Numbered from the stretch's first letter, positions 30,932 through 45,200 are shown. The stretch is 64,000 nt of DNA from Macrostomum lignano (GCA_002269645.1 NIVC01000225.1:710927-774926), one strand, 5' to 3'. The notes: a model not told the origin generated them from the letters alone. Numbers and translations are program-made.

Positions 30932-32775
30932 TAGGTAAAGTATTAGTATGCCTTGCAAAGTTATTCTGTCTAAAGACACTGAAGTAGTTTTGTCGCAGAT
31001 CTGTTGCATTGGCTTCTGTGCACACGAAACGCTAACTATACATGTACATGTCTTCATGTATATCCATAACGCTTAAAGTTCACCTCCAATGCTCTTTCTA
31101 AGGATTTTAAACGCCTTGAATTCCAGAGATGGTAAATAGGGTTTACAGCGGCCCTGACAGCCTGACTTTCTCGTCATTAAGTCAGCCAATTTAAGTCCTT
31201 GTTAGCGCCTGTCTCTTGGTGTGCGGCGGGCGCCCTTGTCCCTTGGTTGGCGTCCCTATATCTCTGTCTCTTGGTGAGCGCTCCTATTCCTGTCTCTTGG
31301 TGTGCGTCCCTGTCCTTTGGTGGGCGCCCCTGTCTCTTGGTGGGCGTCCCTGTCTCTTGGTGAGCACCCCTGTCTCTTGGTGGGCGTCCCTGTCTCTTGG
31401 TGAGCACCCTTTGTCTCTTGGTGGGCGTCCCTGTCTATATTCCTGGGACGCCCACCATATATGTAAGTCAACCTACATGTATATAGAAGTTCGACTTATA
31501 TCAGCCCTTGTCTCTTGGTTGGCGCCCCTGTCTCTTGGTTGGCGCCCCTGTCTCTTGGTTGGCGCCCCTGTCTCTTGGTTGGCGCCCCTGTCTCTTGGTT
31601 GGCGCCCCTGTCTCTTGGTTGGCGCCCCTGTCTCTTGGTGAGCGCTCCTACCTTCGTCTCTTAGACGGGTGGATCGTGGATGTCACTCACATCCAAGAAA
31701 GATCTAGCAAAAAGTTTGGCTCCTGTCATTCGTCGAAAACCTCTGACGAAATGGATAAGCCTGTTTTATTTAGGTGCAATCTGACCCTCAGCATACGCCA
31801 AGCTGCTTAAACTCTATAATAAAATCTCATATACTGTAAAGTCAAGAATCTAAGGAATATACGGTAGTTACAATAGTTGACTTATATCAGCTCACCGGAA
31901 CAGCTGTAGGTCAATAGCAAAGTCATTATCAAACCAAATAAGCTGGTTATATACACGCAAGTAGTGCCAACAAATGCCGATTGTTGAAACGGCTGCCTGC
32001 TGGGCGCCATCAATCAGGTTTTTTAGTTGAGAGTACAACTTGGCTGTCTTGCAAGAAAATAATCTGACAGTAGGTACCGGATCCTCTGGGAGACTCAACC
32101 AGAACTGAACGATATAAAAAGTAAAAAGAAGATGATCCAAGCTTCTAATAGAACAGCGACAGAAAAAGAAGCAGAATGGAGGAGGTAAGGCAGACTTTTC
32201 TATCCTATATAACGATTGGTTGTCAGGGCCGCTGAGAGATGAGGCTTTTCCTGAGCGCCAAGGGGGTCGCTCGCCCTCCCCATCGGTCGCCCACTTGCAC
32301 TATGCAGTCAGTCAACGACCAATACGAATTGAGTCGGGGCAGGAGAAAAATATAAATCTTCATTTGGAATTTCTTCCAACAGAGAGACTGGTTGGAGGGG
32401 GACTTGAAACTGATATCCCTTACCGAGAGCTCGAAGCCCGAGCTGCTGAAGGGAAAACCAATAGGAAGAGCTGCGAGAGAAGATGAGCAATTCCCAGAAA
32501 AATGGCTTCAGGACTTTACCAACACTAAAATAGTATATTATATATACATATATACTTTCAGTACTGATTTATATAGACCGATATTGGAAGTCAATCGATA
32601 AAGAAAGTAAGCTCATAGGATTAACCAATCTCAAGGCTCAGCTCACACTTCAGTATTTTCATGTGAAAACGCTGCACTCTAACCTTTCATGACAGACGGC
32701 GGGTCGCTTGCTGATCCCAAAAAAAATAATTCCCCAACTTCCAGTGCATTGGAAACACAAGAAGTACGCACAGAC
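30932..32775 (-). CDS. Internal exons of the same unidentified gene (copy 2 of the duplicated block)
   Basis: Same six exons shifted by 3152/3072/3071 bp. A candidate upstream exon ends at the TG|GTAAGA donor near 33593. Confidence 0.4.
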
Positions 32776-32831
32776 CTTCAACCATTAAATTTTATAAACA
32801 CGAATTGCCTTGGCCCCAACCTAAAAAACTC

Positions 32832-33500
32832 AAAAAATATCAACAAGGAGCGGTGGTGGCCCCAAAGAATCACAGGAAAGGTGGTGGCTCCAAAGAATCA
32901 CAGGAGCGGTGGTGGCCCTAAAAGGATCACAAGGAACGGTGGTGGCCTCAAAGAATCACAGGGAAGGTGGTGGCCACAAAAGATAAACAGGGAACGGTGG
33001 TGGCCTCAAAGAATCACAGGGAAGGTGGTGGCCCCAAAGAATCACAGGGAAGGTGGTGGCCCTAAAAGATAAACAGGGAACGGTGGTGGCCCCAAAGAAT
33101 CACAGGGAAGGTGGTGGCCCCAAAAGATAAACAGGGAACGGCGGTGGCCCCAAAAGAATCACAGGGAACGGTGGTGGCCCCAAAAGGATCACAGGGAACG
33201 GTGGTGGCCCCAAAAGGATCACAGGGAACGGTGGTGGCCCCAAAAGGATCACAGGGAACGGTGGTGGCCCAAAGAAAAGATCAACAAAGAACGGTGGTGG
33301 CCCCAAGAAAAGATCAACAAACAACGGTGGTGGCCCCAAGAAAAGATCAACAAAGAACGGTGGTGGCCCCAAGAAAAGATCAACAAAGAACGGTGGTGGC
33401 CCCAAGAAAAGATCAACAAAGAACGGTGTTGGCCCCAAGAAAAGATCAACAAAGAACGGTGGTGGCCCCAAGAAAGGATCAACAAAGAACGGTGGTGGCC
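32832..33500. repeat. Minisatellite array C, ~30-bp GGTGGTGGCCCCAA family
   Basis: Direct tandem repeat; the distal part switches to an AAGAAAAGATCAACAAAGAAC variant unit. Confidence 0.95.
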
Positions 33501-34248
33501 CTAAAAATCTGAGAGTAGGTCAGCAGCTTTCAGGCTGATCTGCGATACGTTGTTGGACCACAAAAATCCATAAGGCTCTCACTGAGTCTTACCAACATCG
33601 TGAAAATAAAGTCAAAGTGAGCTCACAAACGGTTAGTCTTGGCGAATTGCCAGTATTCAAACATTATTAGCAGGGCTACACATCACAGCTTATTTTATTT
33701 TATTTATATTTGATTATTAACTGGCAATCTTCACCCTCGAAATACTACTTACACTAAGAATGTTAGTAAGTAGTAAATAAAGAAAATATAGAATTTTAAA
33801 GCTACATTTGAACTGAAATTGGCCAGACAACAGAGCCAAGTGTGATAATAAAGCATAAATAGCTAGATAAAACTTTGTTTCTGTGTCAAAGTGGACGGAC
33901 TTGAAAACATCCCATTTTGGACACGGATCATTTGAAGGTCAAGAGCGTTTCATAGAAAGCTCTGAAGAGAAAAAAACTTCAACAAGGCAACATCGGATCC
34001 TGTATTTACTAAAGCGACAGCGATGTTCACAAAAACACTACTGACCAACTTGATGCAGCAGTAGCGTGTGCTGCAAGTTCATCACCAAAATTTGAGAAAA
34101 CAGTTATTTTAACAAATCAAAAAACAACTGCAAAATAACTGAAGGCATGCATTTTTATATGGAAAAGACCGTATTTTATTCAAATTTTTTAGTAATATAA
34201 TCTTAGGATTATAATCATCACACCTGACGGAGATTAATTGTCCAAATT

Positions 34249-37200
34249 TCAGTAAAAGTCCTCGCCGTCTTCGGCTTTGCGACGCCGGTACTCGGCGGCC
34301 GCTTCCGGGCCGAGCAGTTCGAGGTCGGCCTCGGACAGAATCACCCCGCGGGGCAGGTAGCCGATGAGTCTGGAATAGGTTTCAGATTGCAGATTGGAAT
34401 GAATGCGAATCGGAATTTGGGATTTAAGACTAACGAATCCCCAATCCTACTCAAAGATCCCCCAAAATCCCCAATCCTACTCAAAGATTCCTTAAGATCC
34501 CAAATCCTACTCAAAGATCCCTAAAATCCCCAATCCTACTAAAAGATACCTAAAATCCCCAATCCAGATCCTTAAAATCCCCAATCCTACTCAAAGATTC
34601 CTTAAGATCCCAAATCCTACTCAAAGCTTTCCAAAATCCCCAATACTACTTAAAGATCCCTAAAATCCCCAATCCTACCTAATGATCCCCCGAATCCCCG
34701 ATCCTAGTCAAAGATCCCATAAATCCCCGATCCTACCCAAAGATCTCTAAAATCTTCAATTCTACTCAAAGATCCCTAAAATCTTCAATCCTACTCAAAG
34801 ATCCTTTAAAATCCCTAATCCTACTCAAAGATCTCTAAAATCTCCAATTCTACTCAAAGATTCCCAAATCCCCAATCCTACTCAAAGATCCCTAAAATCT
34901 CCAATTCTACTTAAAGATCCCCAAAATCCCCAATCCTACTCAAAGATCCTTTAAAATCGCCGATCCTACGAGAACTTAGAGATCCCTAAAATTCCAAAAT
35001 CTATCCAAATATCCATAAAATCCCTGATGCTATTTAAACAAAGCTTTTTAAAATCCCAATCCTATTCAAAGATCTCTAAAATCTCAATCTTACTCAAAGA
35101 TCCATAAAATCCCCGATCCTACCTAGAAATCCTCAAAAATCCTCAAAAATCCCAATTCCTATACATAAATCCTCACGTCTCTGAGTTATTAAGTATCCCA
35201 AATCCAAAGATTCTCAAACTCTAATCAATTATTTGGGGAGCCAAGATCCCAGCAAAGCCGACCATCACTTGAAGAAGTTCAGCCGGCTCCCTTGGCAACT
35301 CACTTGCTGGCGTGCTCGCGCACGAGCCTCTGCCGCTCCTCCTCCACAATGCGACGTCGGTACTCCTCCTGCTGGCGCTCCTGCTCCGCCGCAGCGTCCT
35401 TGGCCTGGCGCTGCGCCGCGAACGCTGCCCGGCGCTCCTCCAGAAGTCGTTCGACCTCGCGCTTGTGCTCCGCCTGTTTTAGGCGCCGTTTCTGCGCATT
35501 CATCTGCTCTAACCGGTCGTCCTCGGCAAACTTGGCCAGCATCTGCTGCCGGTAGCGCTCCTCCTCGGCTCGCTCGGCTGCCAGCCGGGCCTCCTTGGCC
35601 TCCAGCTGCTGCTCGTGCTGGGCGCGCATCTCCAGCCGCTGTCGGATTCGACGTTCGGCCTCATCGCGCTCGGCTCGGCGAGCCCGAGCGGCGGCCTCCT
35701 CTTCGACGAGCTCTTGGCGAACCTTAGAATGGTTGCGGTGGGCGTCGATTGAATGGTTAATTAGACGACGAAGCATATACAGGCTTGGTTACTCTTGCCG
35801 TTTACCGTCGAAGTCATATCGGTATTTTGCTAATAATGTGGCGAGGCTTACTTTTTAGCAACGAAAGGTATAGTTACTCTTGCTGTTTACTTATGCAGAC
35901 TTTTGCAATATTTTGTTGCTTAAACGACTAACGGGATCAACCCTGGGAGCCAGTAAAACAGCTTTCTACTTTCAGTTCAGTAGCAAAGAAGAATACATAA
36001 GCTATTTTATAAAAACTAGGCGGCTGAAATGACTTTGATAAGTTTAGAAGCCCAAGCTTGCAGGCGTAAACAACTTGCTAATTGGTTCAGCAATAATGTA
36101 CATTGGCCAGTACACTGAAATGTACTGGCCAATGAACACTGAAACACTGAAACTTTAGGCTGGAATTCCGAGAAAGGCAATAAAATTGGGGCGGGTGGGG
36201 GGGTAGTGTGGAAAGGCGCGGTTGGGGGTTTAAGTTGGGTGGGTAAGAGCCAATAAATAAGCCTTGGCTTTAGAGCCTGAGGCTTTAAAAATACAATAAA
36301 ATGCTTCTGTTTAACTTACTACTGAACTAACAGTAGCTTACACGCAATTGTGCTGAGTGGCCTATCTAGTTATTCTACATTTAGTAGCTGTGCCTAAGGG
36401 TAAGTGCTACTGCAATCTGATATTATATCTGAGCCTCAAAGTCAACCTGGGTCAACCTGGAACGAACGAGTTAATGCAAATTTGTCCTTTAAGCAAAACA
36501 ATTCCAAAGACAAAAGCGTCTCAGAGCCGCCATCTCACGTCTTCCAGCTCCCGTTTGGCGGCCTCCTCCGCCTGGATGCGAGCGTGCAGCTCCGCCCTGA
36601 CGCGATCCTGCGCCTCCTCGCGTGCGCGCCTCTCGGCCGCGACGGCCGCCTCGCGAGCGCCCTGCGACTGAAGGAATCGCTTAATCTTGGCGTTCTCTTC
36701 CTCCAATCGGCGCCTTTCAGCCTCCTTCCAGGCGGCGCGTTCCGCTTGGAACTCGCGGATGTACTGCTGAGTGGCGTGGCGCTTCTCCATCTCGCGCTGA
36801 CGCTCGCGCTCGTCTTCGTCGTGCAGCCGGCGGACAATCTCGTCGATCATGAGCTTCTCTTTGAGGAACTCTGCGTAGGCGGCCTGACGGGCGCGCTCCT
36901 GGTCCTCTAGCTGGCGCTCCAGCTGTGCTTGGTACTCGGCCTTCTCCTTGGCCTGATGGATTGGCGAGGTTAAGGGGCGACATGTAAATTTAACAATCGA
37001 AGCCAGATTAAGAAACATTCAGATCACAGTGGCACAATGTGAGCAGTCGCCCTTAAGGGGGCATCGCTGCTAGTCCAATATACTAAAATCAATTAACTGC
37101 AGTGGTACAATACGAGCAGTCGCCCTTAAGGGGGGCATCGTTGCTAGTCCAATATACTAAAATCAATTAACTGCAGTGGTACAATACGAGCAGTCGCCCT

Positions 37201-38660
37201 TAAGGGGGGCATCGTTGCTAGTCCAATATACTAAAATCAATTAACTGCAGTGGTACAATACGAGCAGTCGCCCTTAAGGGGGGCATCACCGCTAGTCCAA
37301 TATACTAAAATCAATTAACTGCAGTGGTACAATACGAGCAGTCGCCCTTAATGGGGGCATCACCGCTAGTCCAATATACTAAAATCAATTAACTGCAGTG
37401 GTTACAATGTGAGCAGTCCCCCTTCAAGGGGTATCGCTGCTAGTCTAAAAATATACAAAAGAAAACAGAAAATATTTCAAACATATATTGACCTTGATCA
37501 CCCGGCGCTCTTCGTCAGCCAATTTGGCGCGCTCCGCCTCCTCGGCCATCTGGCGCACAAGTTCGGCGTCGCCGTGCATCTCGTCGTATTCGCGCGCCCG
37601 GCGCTCGGCCATCTGGGCGGCGCGCTCTTTGGCAACGTAGGCGGCGCGCAGTTTGGCTTCAAGCTCGCGGATTTCAGTGCTGCCTTCGCGAATCTGCGCA
37701 CAATTGATTTTTTAATAAACATTGATGGACATTGCGCCATTTATAGTAATAATACCCCTAATGATCAAATAGAAGTAGTACCCACCTGCTGTCGCATCTT
37801 CTCGTCTTTTGTGGCCTCTGCTTTGACTCGCTCCAACTGTCTGGCCAGCTGCTCCTCCTGCTCCCGCTGCCGGTCCCGCATCTGGCGCTCAGCGGCCGCC
37901 CGGGATAGGCGCTCGCCCAGCTCCAGCTCCTGGCGCTGCTGCTCAGCTAGGCGGAGTAGGCGCTTCTTTTCAGTCTGCGCACGTTTTTAGGGCGGTTTTT
38001 TAGTGCAAGACTACTTAAAATGGCAGTTAAAGGTAACTTGAAGCTATTTTGGCAAGACGCTTTAGGACACAAACACACTGGAAGCCCCTAATAAGCACTT
38101 CTGAAAAGTGGCTTCATATTTTCGAAAACAAACTTGCTATACAACTCCGACATTTCATATCTCCGACACTTCAGTTTACCAGCATCTTTCACAACTCCAA
38201 AACCTTATATCTCCATTAGGGTTAAAGCTTTTCGGAGATATGAAATCACCCTACCTCTGACACTCCACTTTGGCACCCATAACAGCCACGAACTGGCGCC
38301 TTCTAAACTTCCATTCTACCTAGTCTACCAATTTCGCTGACTCCTTGAGCACATACAAGGGCACCAATAATGTACGCGGGCACGCACTCATACAGGGTGC
38401 ACAGCGGCCCTGACTTTCTAATCGTCAGGCATGTACACTCTCTGCTGTAAATCGCATGGCCTATTATTGTGCACACAAAATGCAGCAGCAAACCTGCTCT
38501 GCTCCCCCCAGACTGGAACCACACAAACCTTCTCATCATTGTGCAGGGCCTCCTCCGCCCGCCTGTTATTGAGAATCTCCTTTGTTCGATCCTCGCGAGC
38601 CTGCTCTGTGCGCAGCTGCTTTGCCTGCTGCTCTTGGTAGGCTCTGCGCATTGATGCCAT
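34249..38660 (-). CDS. MNS1: Meiosis-specific nuclear structural protein 1 (ciliary coiled-coil protein), 6 coding exons, 491 aa
   Basis: Exons 38660-38529, 37974-37786, 37693-37493, 36952-36539, 35722-35304, 34369-34249 join in frame. Motifs DEKMRQQIRE..EIRELEAKLRAAY..KERAAQ, FLKEKLMIDEIVR, MLAKFAEDDRLEQMNAQKRRLKQ.EH and LIGYLPRGV match MNS1 as recalled. An acceptor just upstream of the ATG implies a 5'UTR exon further right. Confidence 0.93.
34430..35220. repeat. Degenerate 29-30-bp intronic minisatellite (AAAATCCCCAATCCTACTCAAAGATCCCT)
   Basis: Fills the last MNS1 intron. Confidence 0.9.
37025..37445. repeat. Intronic tandem repeat, 74-bp unit, 5-6 copies
   Basis: GAGCAGTCGCCC recurs at 37114, 37188, 37262; MNS1 intron 3. 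Confidence 0.95.
38340..38460 (-). mobile_element. Diverged body fragment of the same SINE-like family in MNS1 intron 1
   Basis: CTGACTCC..GAGCA..CATACAAG..GTACGC.GGCA..CACTCA.ACAGG..ACAGCGGCCCT.ACTTT..AAT.GT.AGGCATGTACAC aligns with 53497-53600. Confidence 0.65.
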
Positions 38661-41600
38661 GCTGAGATAGGTCAGTGATGCAGACTTTCAGAATTGCAGG
38701 CTTTAACTTTCACTATGAATAGATTTTCTGCTTGAAGAATTTTTTCATGCAATTTGCAGAATAAATGTGCCTCCTATTATTTATTCATAGCATCTTGTAT
38801 ATGATTGTATTTGGATAAATAAAAGCAAGCATATTCTAGAAGCTATTTATACTAATATTGTAAAAAGAATATACAAAATGAAATAAAACTATTAAAATTT
38901 ATTATACTACTGACACTTCTATTGTACAATATTTTGAAGCTATCAATGAATAATACAAGGGACTATAACAACGTTTTAATTTTTTTAAATAGCAAAAATT
39001 ATATATATCCAAGTATTTTTAAGAATACTTAAAAGTAATAAGAGCTTTGAATTACTTTCATGTCAATAAAACATTTCCAAATTAGATTTACTAATTTTAT
39101 AATGCTTATATCCAGGGACACAATCAATCAGAGGATAAGGGAGATAGATGCCCTCCCCCTTTTTACAGAAGCCTACAGAAAAGACCAAGCACTTTTTTAA
39201 AAATATATATGCTCATCTTTTGCCCTCTTGGGTCTTCATACTTTTGGCCTACTTTAATGAAATTTTAGTTGTGTCACTGCTTATTTGACATGCATGTTCA
39301 AATAAAATATAACAAGTTATGATTACCATAAAGCCACAGTATACAGGTCAAGCTAAAAGCTAAGAAATATAATTAAAAAACTATCTTGCTAAAAACAGTA
39401 AAATTGTTAGTAGAATTATTATATAATCAACAAAATGACTATTTTCTATTTCTCTATTTTCTAGCTAATTAATAAAAACTTTTTAGATTCATAAAATTCT
39501 ACTTTATTAATATCTAAATTATTCATCAAAATTTACTCATTAAAATTCAGTTACATGCAACATGGGCATTTAATTTTTAATATTTTCTTATAGCCCATGC
39601 AACATTACTATATAATATATTTTAAATATTGTCACATTTTGACTTTATTACATTTTATTTTAAGCAGAAAAGAGATAAAGAATACAAACGCTAATGTTAA
39701 GACAATAAAAAGTGATACTATCTAGAATAATTGTTGATGGTATAGTACATTATAATCTATAACTTATAAGAAACTATAATAAGATTTAAAATCATAAAAT
39801 AAAACTAAATAGAAATTGTAATAAAATTGTAATAAGAAGTATACACTTGATAAATAGTTAATTCTAATATGAGCTACACACATTGTCAGGACCATTACTA
39901 TTTCATTTAATGCATTCAAGTTGATGTACTTTATTACGAAATTTAAGATGCAGTACATGTAAGACGTATACGACACATAGAACTGATAATTACTAAAGAA
40001 CCACTGATAAAATCAATACATGTTTCCTGCATGTATGTCTCGTCTCGTTCAGAGCATAAAACAAACAACAAATGAAGAAAGTGATCAAGTTATGCCAAAA
40101 TCATTCGTTTGATTGATTTGAGCTAGAGTATGTCAATTTTTAGCAGAATAATGAGAAAACATTCCCTCAAACTTTAATTAAGTCACTAGACTAGACGATC
40201 AAACTTATTTTTAAGTTTTACGGTACAAAAGAGACAGAATGAGCTGAAATTTTCATCTTCAGATAGGCATTTAAAATATTTTAAATGTTTCTTAGTGTTA
40301 CTAAGGCAAAATATAAAGATTTAAAACAAATGAGTTTTGACCAAGGTTTGAAACCTTAAAGTTCCACTTCAAACTGGTATAGGTTACTTTAAGTTTTTTA
40401 ATCCGTTAATAATCACTGTAAAAGAAATTACTTTAAATACAAAATAAACGCTTTCAATTCACTAGCTCGCTATCAAACTTTTTAAAAGCTAAATTATTAT
40501 GAAAAGTGCGTATACGTTACTAAATTGACACCTTTCATACATCTTTCTATCGCGCCTCTTAAAACTGAAAGTTGCCTTTCACATAGTACTCGTACGTAAT
40601 AACAGGGAGTTGTCGCCATGGAATTGACAGTAATATACAATGTATATACATGTACGGGACACAAAAAACTAAGAATCCATCAAGTGCTGATCTGCATGGA
40701 AAGGTAGTATACGACAGGTCCGTTGCAACACACTTAAAGTGGGGGTCGAACCTAGCTTGCGCAGGCAGACTGATGCCGGCTAATTATTCATGGCTTGACT
40801 TTCGACAGTTTGCTAAAGCCACACGGTACGTACGTCTTCCACCACTCGATGAGTGTTCACAGATAGTGGTATTTCATGCTGAATTTTTATGGCAAAATTT
40901 TAATTTGGGCTACATGTACATGAATATGAGGATTTTACGATTTAAACACAGCTTTCTTGTTCGTATTTAATTTTGACGCAAAAAATTGCGGCATTGATAG
41001 CTTGAAAGTCTAAAAATTATGCACCGCAAGTCACGTGACAATGCAACATGCCTAAATCCAATTATTTCTTCATCAAGTGCCAATATCCACCTTCGAAATA
41101 TATTTTAAACAAACAAACAGACAACCGTTAACCTTTTTGAATAGAAAAGCAAAAACAAAAACTACTTGGTCGCTACTTACAGTAGCTGAACATAAAAACG
41201 AGAAGGAAAAAATAATGGCACAAAAGCAAAAGTAATAATGAAAAAGAGAGACACTGGGAAAAAACTTTCAACCGGAAACCCGTACACACAACACACGAAC
41301 AGGTGAAAATTAATTAATTTTATAAAATAAGACACGAAACAACAGTAAAACAATAAATTATTATAGTAGACTTCACATTAAGGCTGCATTGTTGAAATAA
41401 ATGAATCGGTCAATTCTACTTAAAGTAATATGAACGAGACTACTTAAAAATTTATTGATTGCGCATCAGGAAAACAGGAATAGTGAAAATATAATAAAGT
41501 ATAGAAATAAGTACAGAGATGCACATACAGTAATAGATTTTCATAAATTTTCGATAAAGACGAGAAGACTGGAAACCAAATCTGATAATAAATTATAATA

Positions 41601-42227
41601 TTATGTATGCAATACAAATATAATAAAAATGACACAGAAAGTGTACATTGGCAGGTCTACTTGTAATGATAATGAAATTCTACTCGTAGTTTTATTTATC
41701 TAGCAATCGTTAGAACTGACTACTATATAAATACACTAAAACTCGGCTAAAAATCTTTGCCGTAATGGCCAAGTTGTAATGTGTTATATTTAATATACTC
41801 CAGTAGTACATCATTTACCAGGACAAAAACCACATTTTTTTCCTATTCATCCAATACAGCAATAAACAAAGACTCCTGCTTTAACAGAGAACTCTTATTT
41901 GTGCAACAACCAAGACTGTTAATTCAAGCATAGCCTACGCTTGAAACAAAGACTCTTAAGTCTTAACTCAAACATGCCATATTCTTGCAACAAAAAGATC
42001 CTTTTTATCAACCAGCTACTTTCGGAATAAAGACTTTACATTTGACAGATAAATGTTTTTTGGAACTAAGACTATTAATTCAAGCATCTTCAGTTAAATC
42101 AGTCTTAATATCGTAAAGAAATCCCGAGAATTATTAGAAAATACTCCTAAGAGACTCCAGTTCGCAGCACTTTAATCTAGACGCAAAAAATGAATGTACT
42201 TTAAGAGAAAACACATCCAATCCGCGC

Positions 42228-45200
42228 TCACAGATCGCCGCCGTGTGTCTTGCGGAAATACTCTTCCTTCTTCTCCGGATCCGGGATGATGGTGGCGGCA
42301 CCTGGACGCCAGCCAGCCGGGCAAACCTCGCCGTGCTTGTCAGTGTACTGGAACGCCTGCACTAGTCGAAGGGTCTCGTCAACCGAGCGACCAACGGGCA
42401 GGTCGTTCATAGTGATCTGCCTGAGCACGCCTTTGTCGTCAATGATGAAGAGGCCGCGGAGACTGTGACCGGCTGATTCCAGATAGACGCCATAGTCTTT
42501 GGCAATCTGGTAATGATTTGGTTTTATGGTTAGATAGTCTACTTTAATAAGGTAGCCTGAGATTCGAGAACTGATAAAATCTCACACCTGATATTTGCGA
42601 ACTGATGGAATCTCACACCTGGCATTTGCGAACTGATGGAATCTCACACCTGGCATTTGAGAACTGATGGAATCTCACACCTGATATTTGAGAACTGATG
42701 GAATCTCACACCTGACATTTGAGAACTGATGGAATCTCACACCTGAGATTTGAGAACTGATGGAATCTCACACCTGATATTTGAGAACTGATGGAATCTC
42801 ACACCTGACATTTGAGAACTGATGGAATCTCACACCTGAGATTTGAGAACTCACTCATGGAATCTCACACCTGAGAGAAAAGATCAAGCTCTCTGATTTA
42901 TAAATACCTGATGGGTCAGATCGGACAGCAGTGGAATCTGCAGATCGCCAAGGCCGCCTTTATCGCGCGGAGTCTTCAGCCAGGCCAGGTGAGTGAACGG
43001 ACTGTCAACCGAGGCGGCCACAACTTCGGTGTTGATTTTGCGGAAATCGTTAACCCGATCGCTGAATGCAATTATCTCGGTTGGACAGACAAAGGTGAAA
43101 TCCAACGGATAGAAAAAGAAGACAAGGTATTTGCCTTTGTAGTCCGACAGTTTAATCTCCTTCATCTGGCGGTTGATGACGGCTGTACCGCTAAATGCTG
43201 GGGCCGGCTTCGAGACTAGAAAAATTTCGTGAAGATCCATGTAGAACATGCTCTGCTTTATTTGCTAAGGAGTCATAAAACAATTTTGCTCTAAACGATT
43301 ATTTTCGAATTTCGAATAGTTTTAGAATGGTTCTAAGATAATGCTCTAATAGTGCCTCTCACTGATCCGTGAGCTGGCACTGCATGCTTCTCCCTGATCC
43401 TTCAGCTGGCACTGCATGCTTCTCCCTGATCCTTCAACTGAGCTGGCACTGCATGCTTCTCCCTTCAGCTGGCACTGCATGCTTCTCCCTGATCCTTCAG
43501 CTGGCACTGCATGCTTCTCCCTGATCCTTGAGCTGGTACTGCATGCTTCTCCCTGATTTTTTAGCTGGTACTGCATGCTTCTCCCTGATCCTTGAGCTGG
43601 TACTGCATGCTTCTCCCTGATCCTTGAGCTGGTACTGCATGCTTCTCCCTGATCCTTCAGCTGGTACTGCATGCTTCTCCCTGATCCTTCAGCTGGCACT
43701 GCATGCTTCTCCCTGATCCTTCCTTTAGCTGGTACTGCATGCTTCTCCCTGATCCTTCAGCTGGTACTGCATGCTTCTCCCTGATCCTTGAGCTGGTACT
43801 GCATGCTTCTCCCTGATCCTTGAGCTGGTACTGCATGCTTCTCCCTGATCCTTTAGCTGGTACTGCATGCTTCTCCCTGATCCTTTAGCTGGTACAGCAT
43901 GCTTCTCCCTGATCCTTTAGCTGGTACAGCATGCTTCTCCCTGATCCTTTAGCTGGTACTGCATGCTTCTCCCTGATCCTTGAGCTGGTACTGCATGCTT
44001 CTCCCTGATCCTTTAGCTGGTACTGCATGCTTGTCAATATTATTGATTAAGGTATATTTTCCTAACTGTAAAAAAATTTAGAATAGAAAACAACATTGTT
44101 ATTGTAATTTTGAAATTAAATTTGCTACAATGAGCCAATGGCGGCCCTTTTACGTTTGAAATGGTGTCTCTGTTATATTTGACATGGTGCCTCTTTAATG
44201 TTCAATATGGTGGCTTTTTAATGTTTGACATGGTGGCTCTTATATGTTTGACATGGAGTCACATATATGTTTGACATGGTGGCTCTTTTATGTTTGACAT
44301 GATGGCTCTTCTATGTTTGACATTGCGCTTCTTTTATGTTTAGCAGTTTTGTGTTTTTAAGATGTTTTAATAAAAAAGTTATTTTGCACTACTAAGATTT
44401 GAAGCCAGGTTGCTACATTAGCAGTCTAGTCTGTTTGCATCTTGGCTATCTCTTTTCAATTGGAGAACATGAATCGTGGCCCTTATAATTCAATACTTAT
44501 AGCAAGTCGGTTAGAGTAAAAAGTTATGACATAATCAATTTCTCAGTCAGCCAGTATCAGTCTCAATTTAAAGTAGCAATATGGTTACGCAATTGAAATC
44601 AAGTTGTGTGTGCATTTCTTTGACACTGTTTTCAACTTGTTGATGCAATTTGTATCAGAATTGAAGTTCAACCAGTTAGTTTTTTTTCTCTAGCATTCTT
44701 ACAATGCATTTTCAAGTCAAAAATTTTGCTTTACCTTTGTAAAAATAATGTTTTTTGAATATTTAATCCCTTTAACATTGAGTAATTTCTTAGCCAGGAT
44801 GCATGTACCGTCCCAGAAAAAATTCTGATTGAATGGTGAAGTTTGAAGAAAATTGGTTGAGCTAATTTTTTTTGAAATCAATTGCATAGCTAGATACAGA
44901 CAGTTCATTTTAGCATATAGGAGATAATTTTTACTTTTTACTTTTTTATGCTTGTAGTTATAACAAGTGGGGTGTAGCCTCTTAAATTTAAATAAGTATA
45001 TGTATACTATATAGTAAAGCCCTATACTATATACCATAATCCAGGCATATGTACTATGATTATTAGAATACAATCCACTTCAGTAATAACCATTTTGGTA
45101 ACAGACACTTTGGTAACAAAAAATGACCACTTTGGTAATAGCCATTTTGGTAAACAGCCACTTTGGTAACAAAGCAGATTTATGACTATCAACACTTTAT

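Larger units (their letters stand above)
27100..33270. repeat. Near-identical tandem segmental duplication, unit about 3.1 kb
   Basis: 27330-29760 recurs at 30482-32832 with offsets 3152, then 3072, then 3071. Differences I saw: two SNPs (27479/30631, 27688/30840), 10 vs 6 copies of a 20-bp unit, and one homopolymer C. Confidence 0.95.

Noticed and set aside
29153-31156. hAT-like element bounded by CAGGGCCGCTG / CAGCGGCCCTG
   Set aside because: No 8-bp TSD, and the pairing only arises across the tandem duplication.
25940-33620. Alternative plus-strand gene (MAGALQQTK…/HVGLDGHVEAFFSLNKPEGK/ADLRYVVGPQK…) and other plus-strand exon chains in the duplicated block
   Set aside because: Phases can be made to fit but several donors are weak, no family is recognisable and it conflicts with the better-supported minus-strand chain; not excluded without RNA data.
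43216-43249. PRDX start at [11 protein letters not shown] (cytosolic isoform)
   Set aside because: This is the intron 1 polypyrimidine/acceptor region; a proper signal-peptide exon with a matching phase-1 donor exists at 45988-46147.
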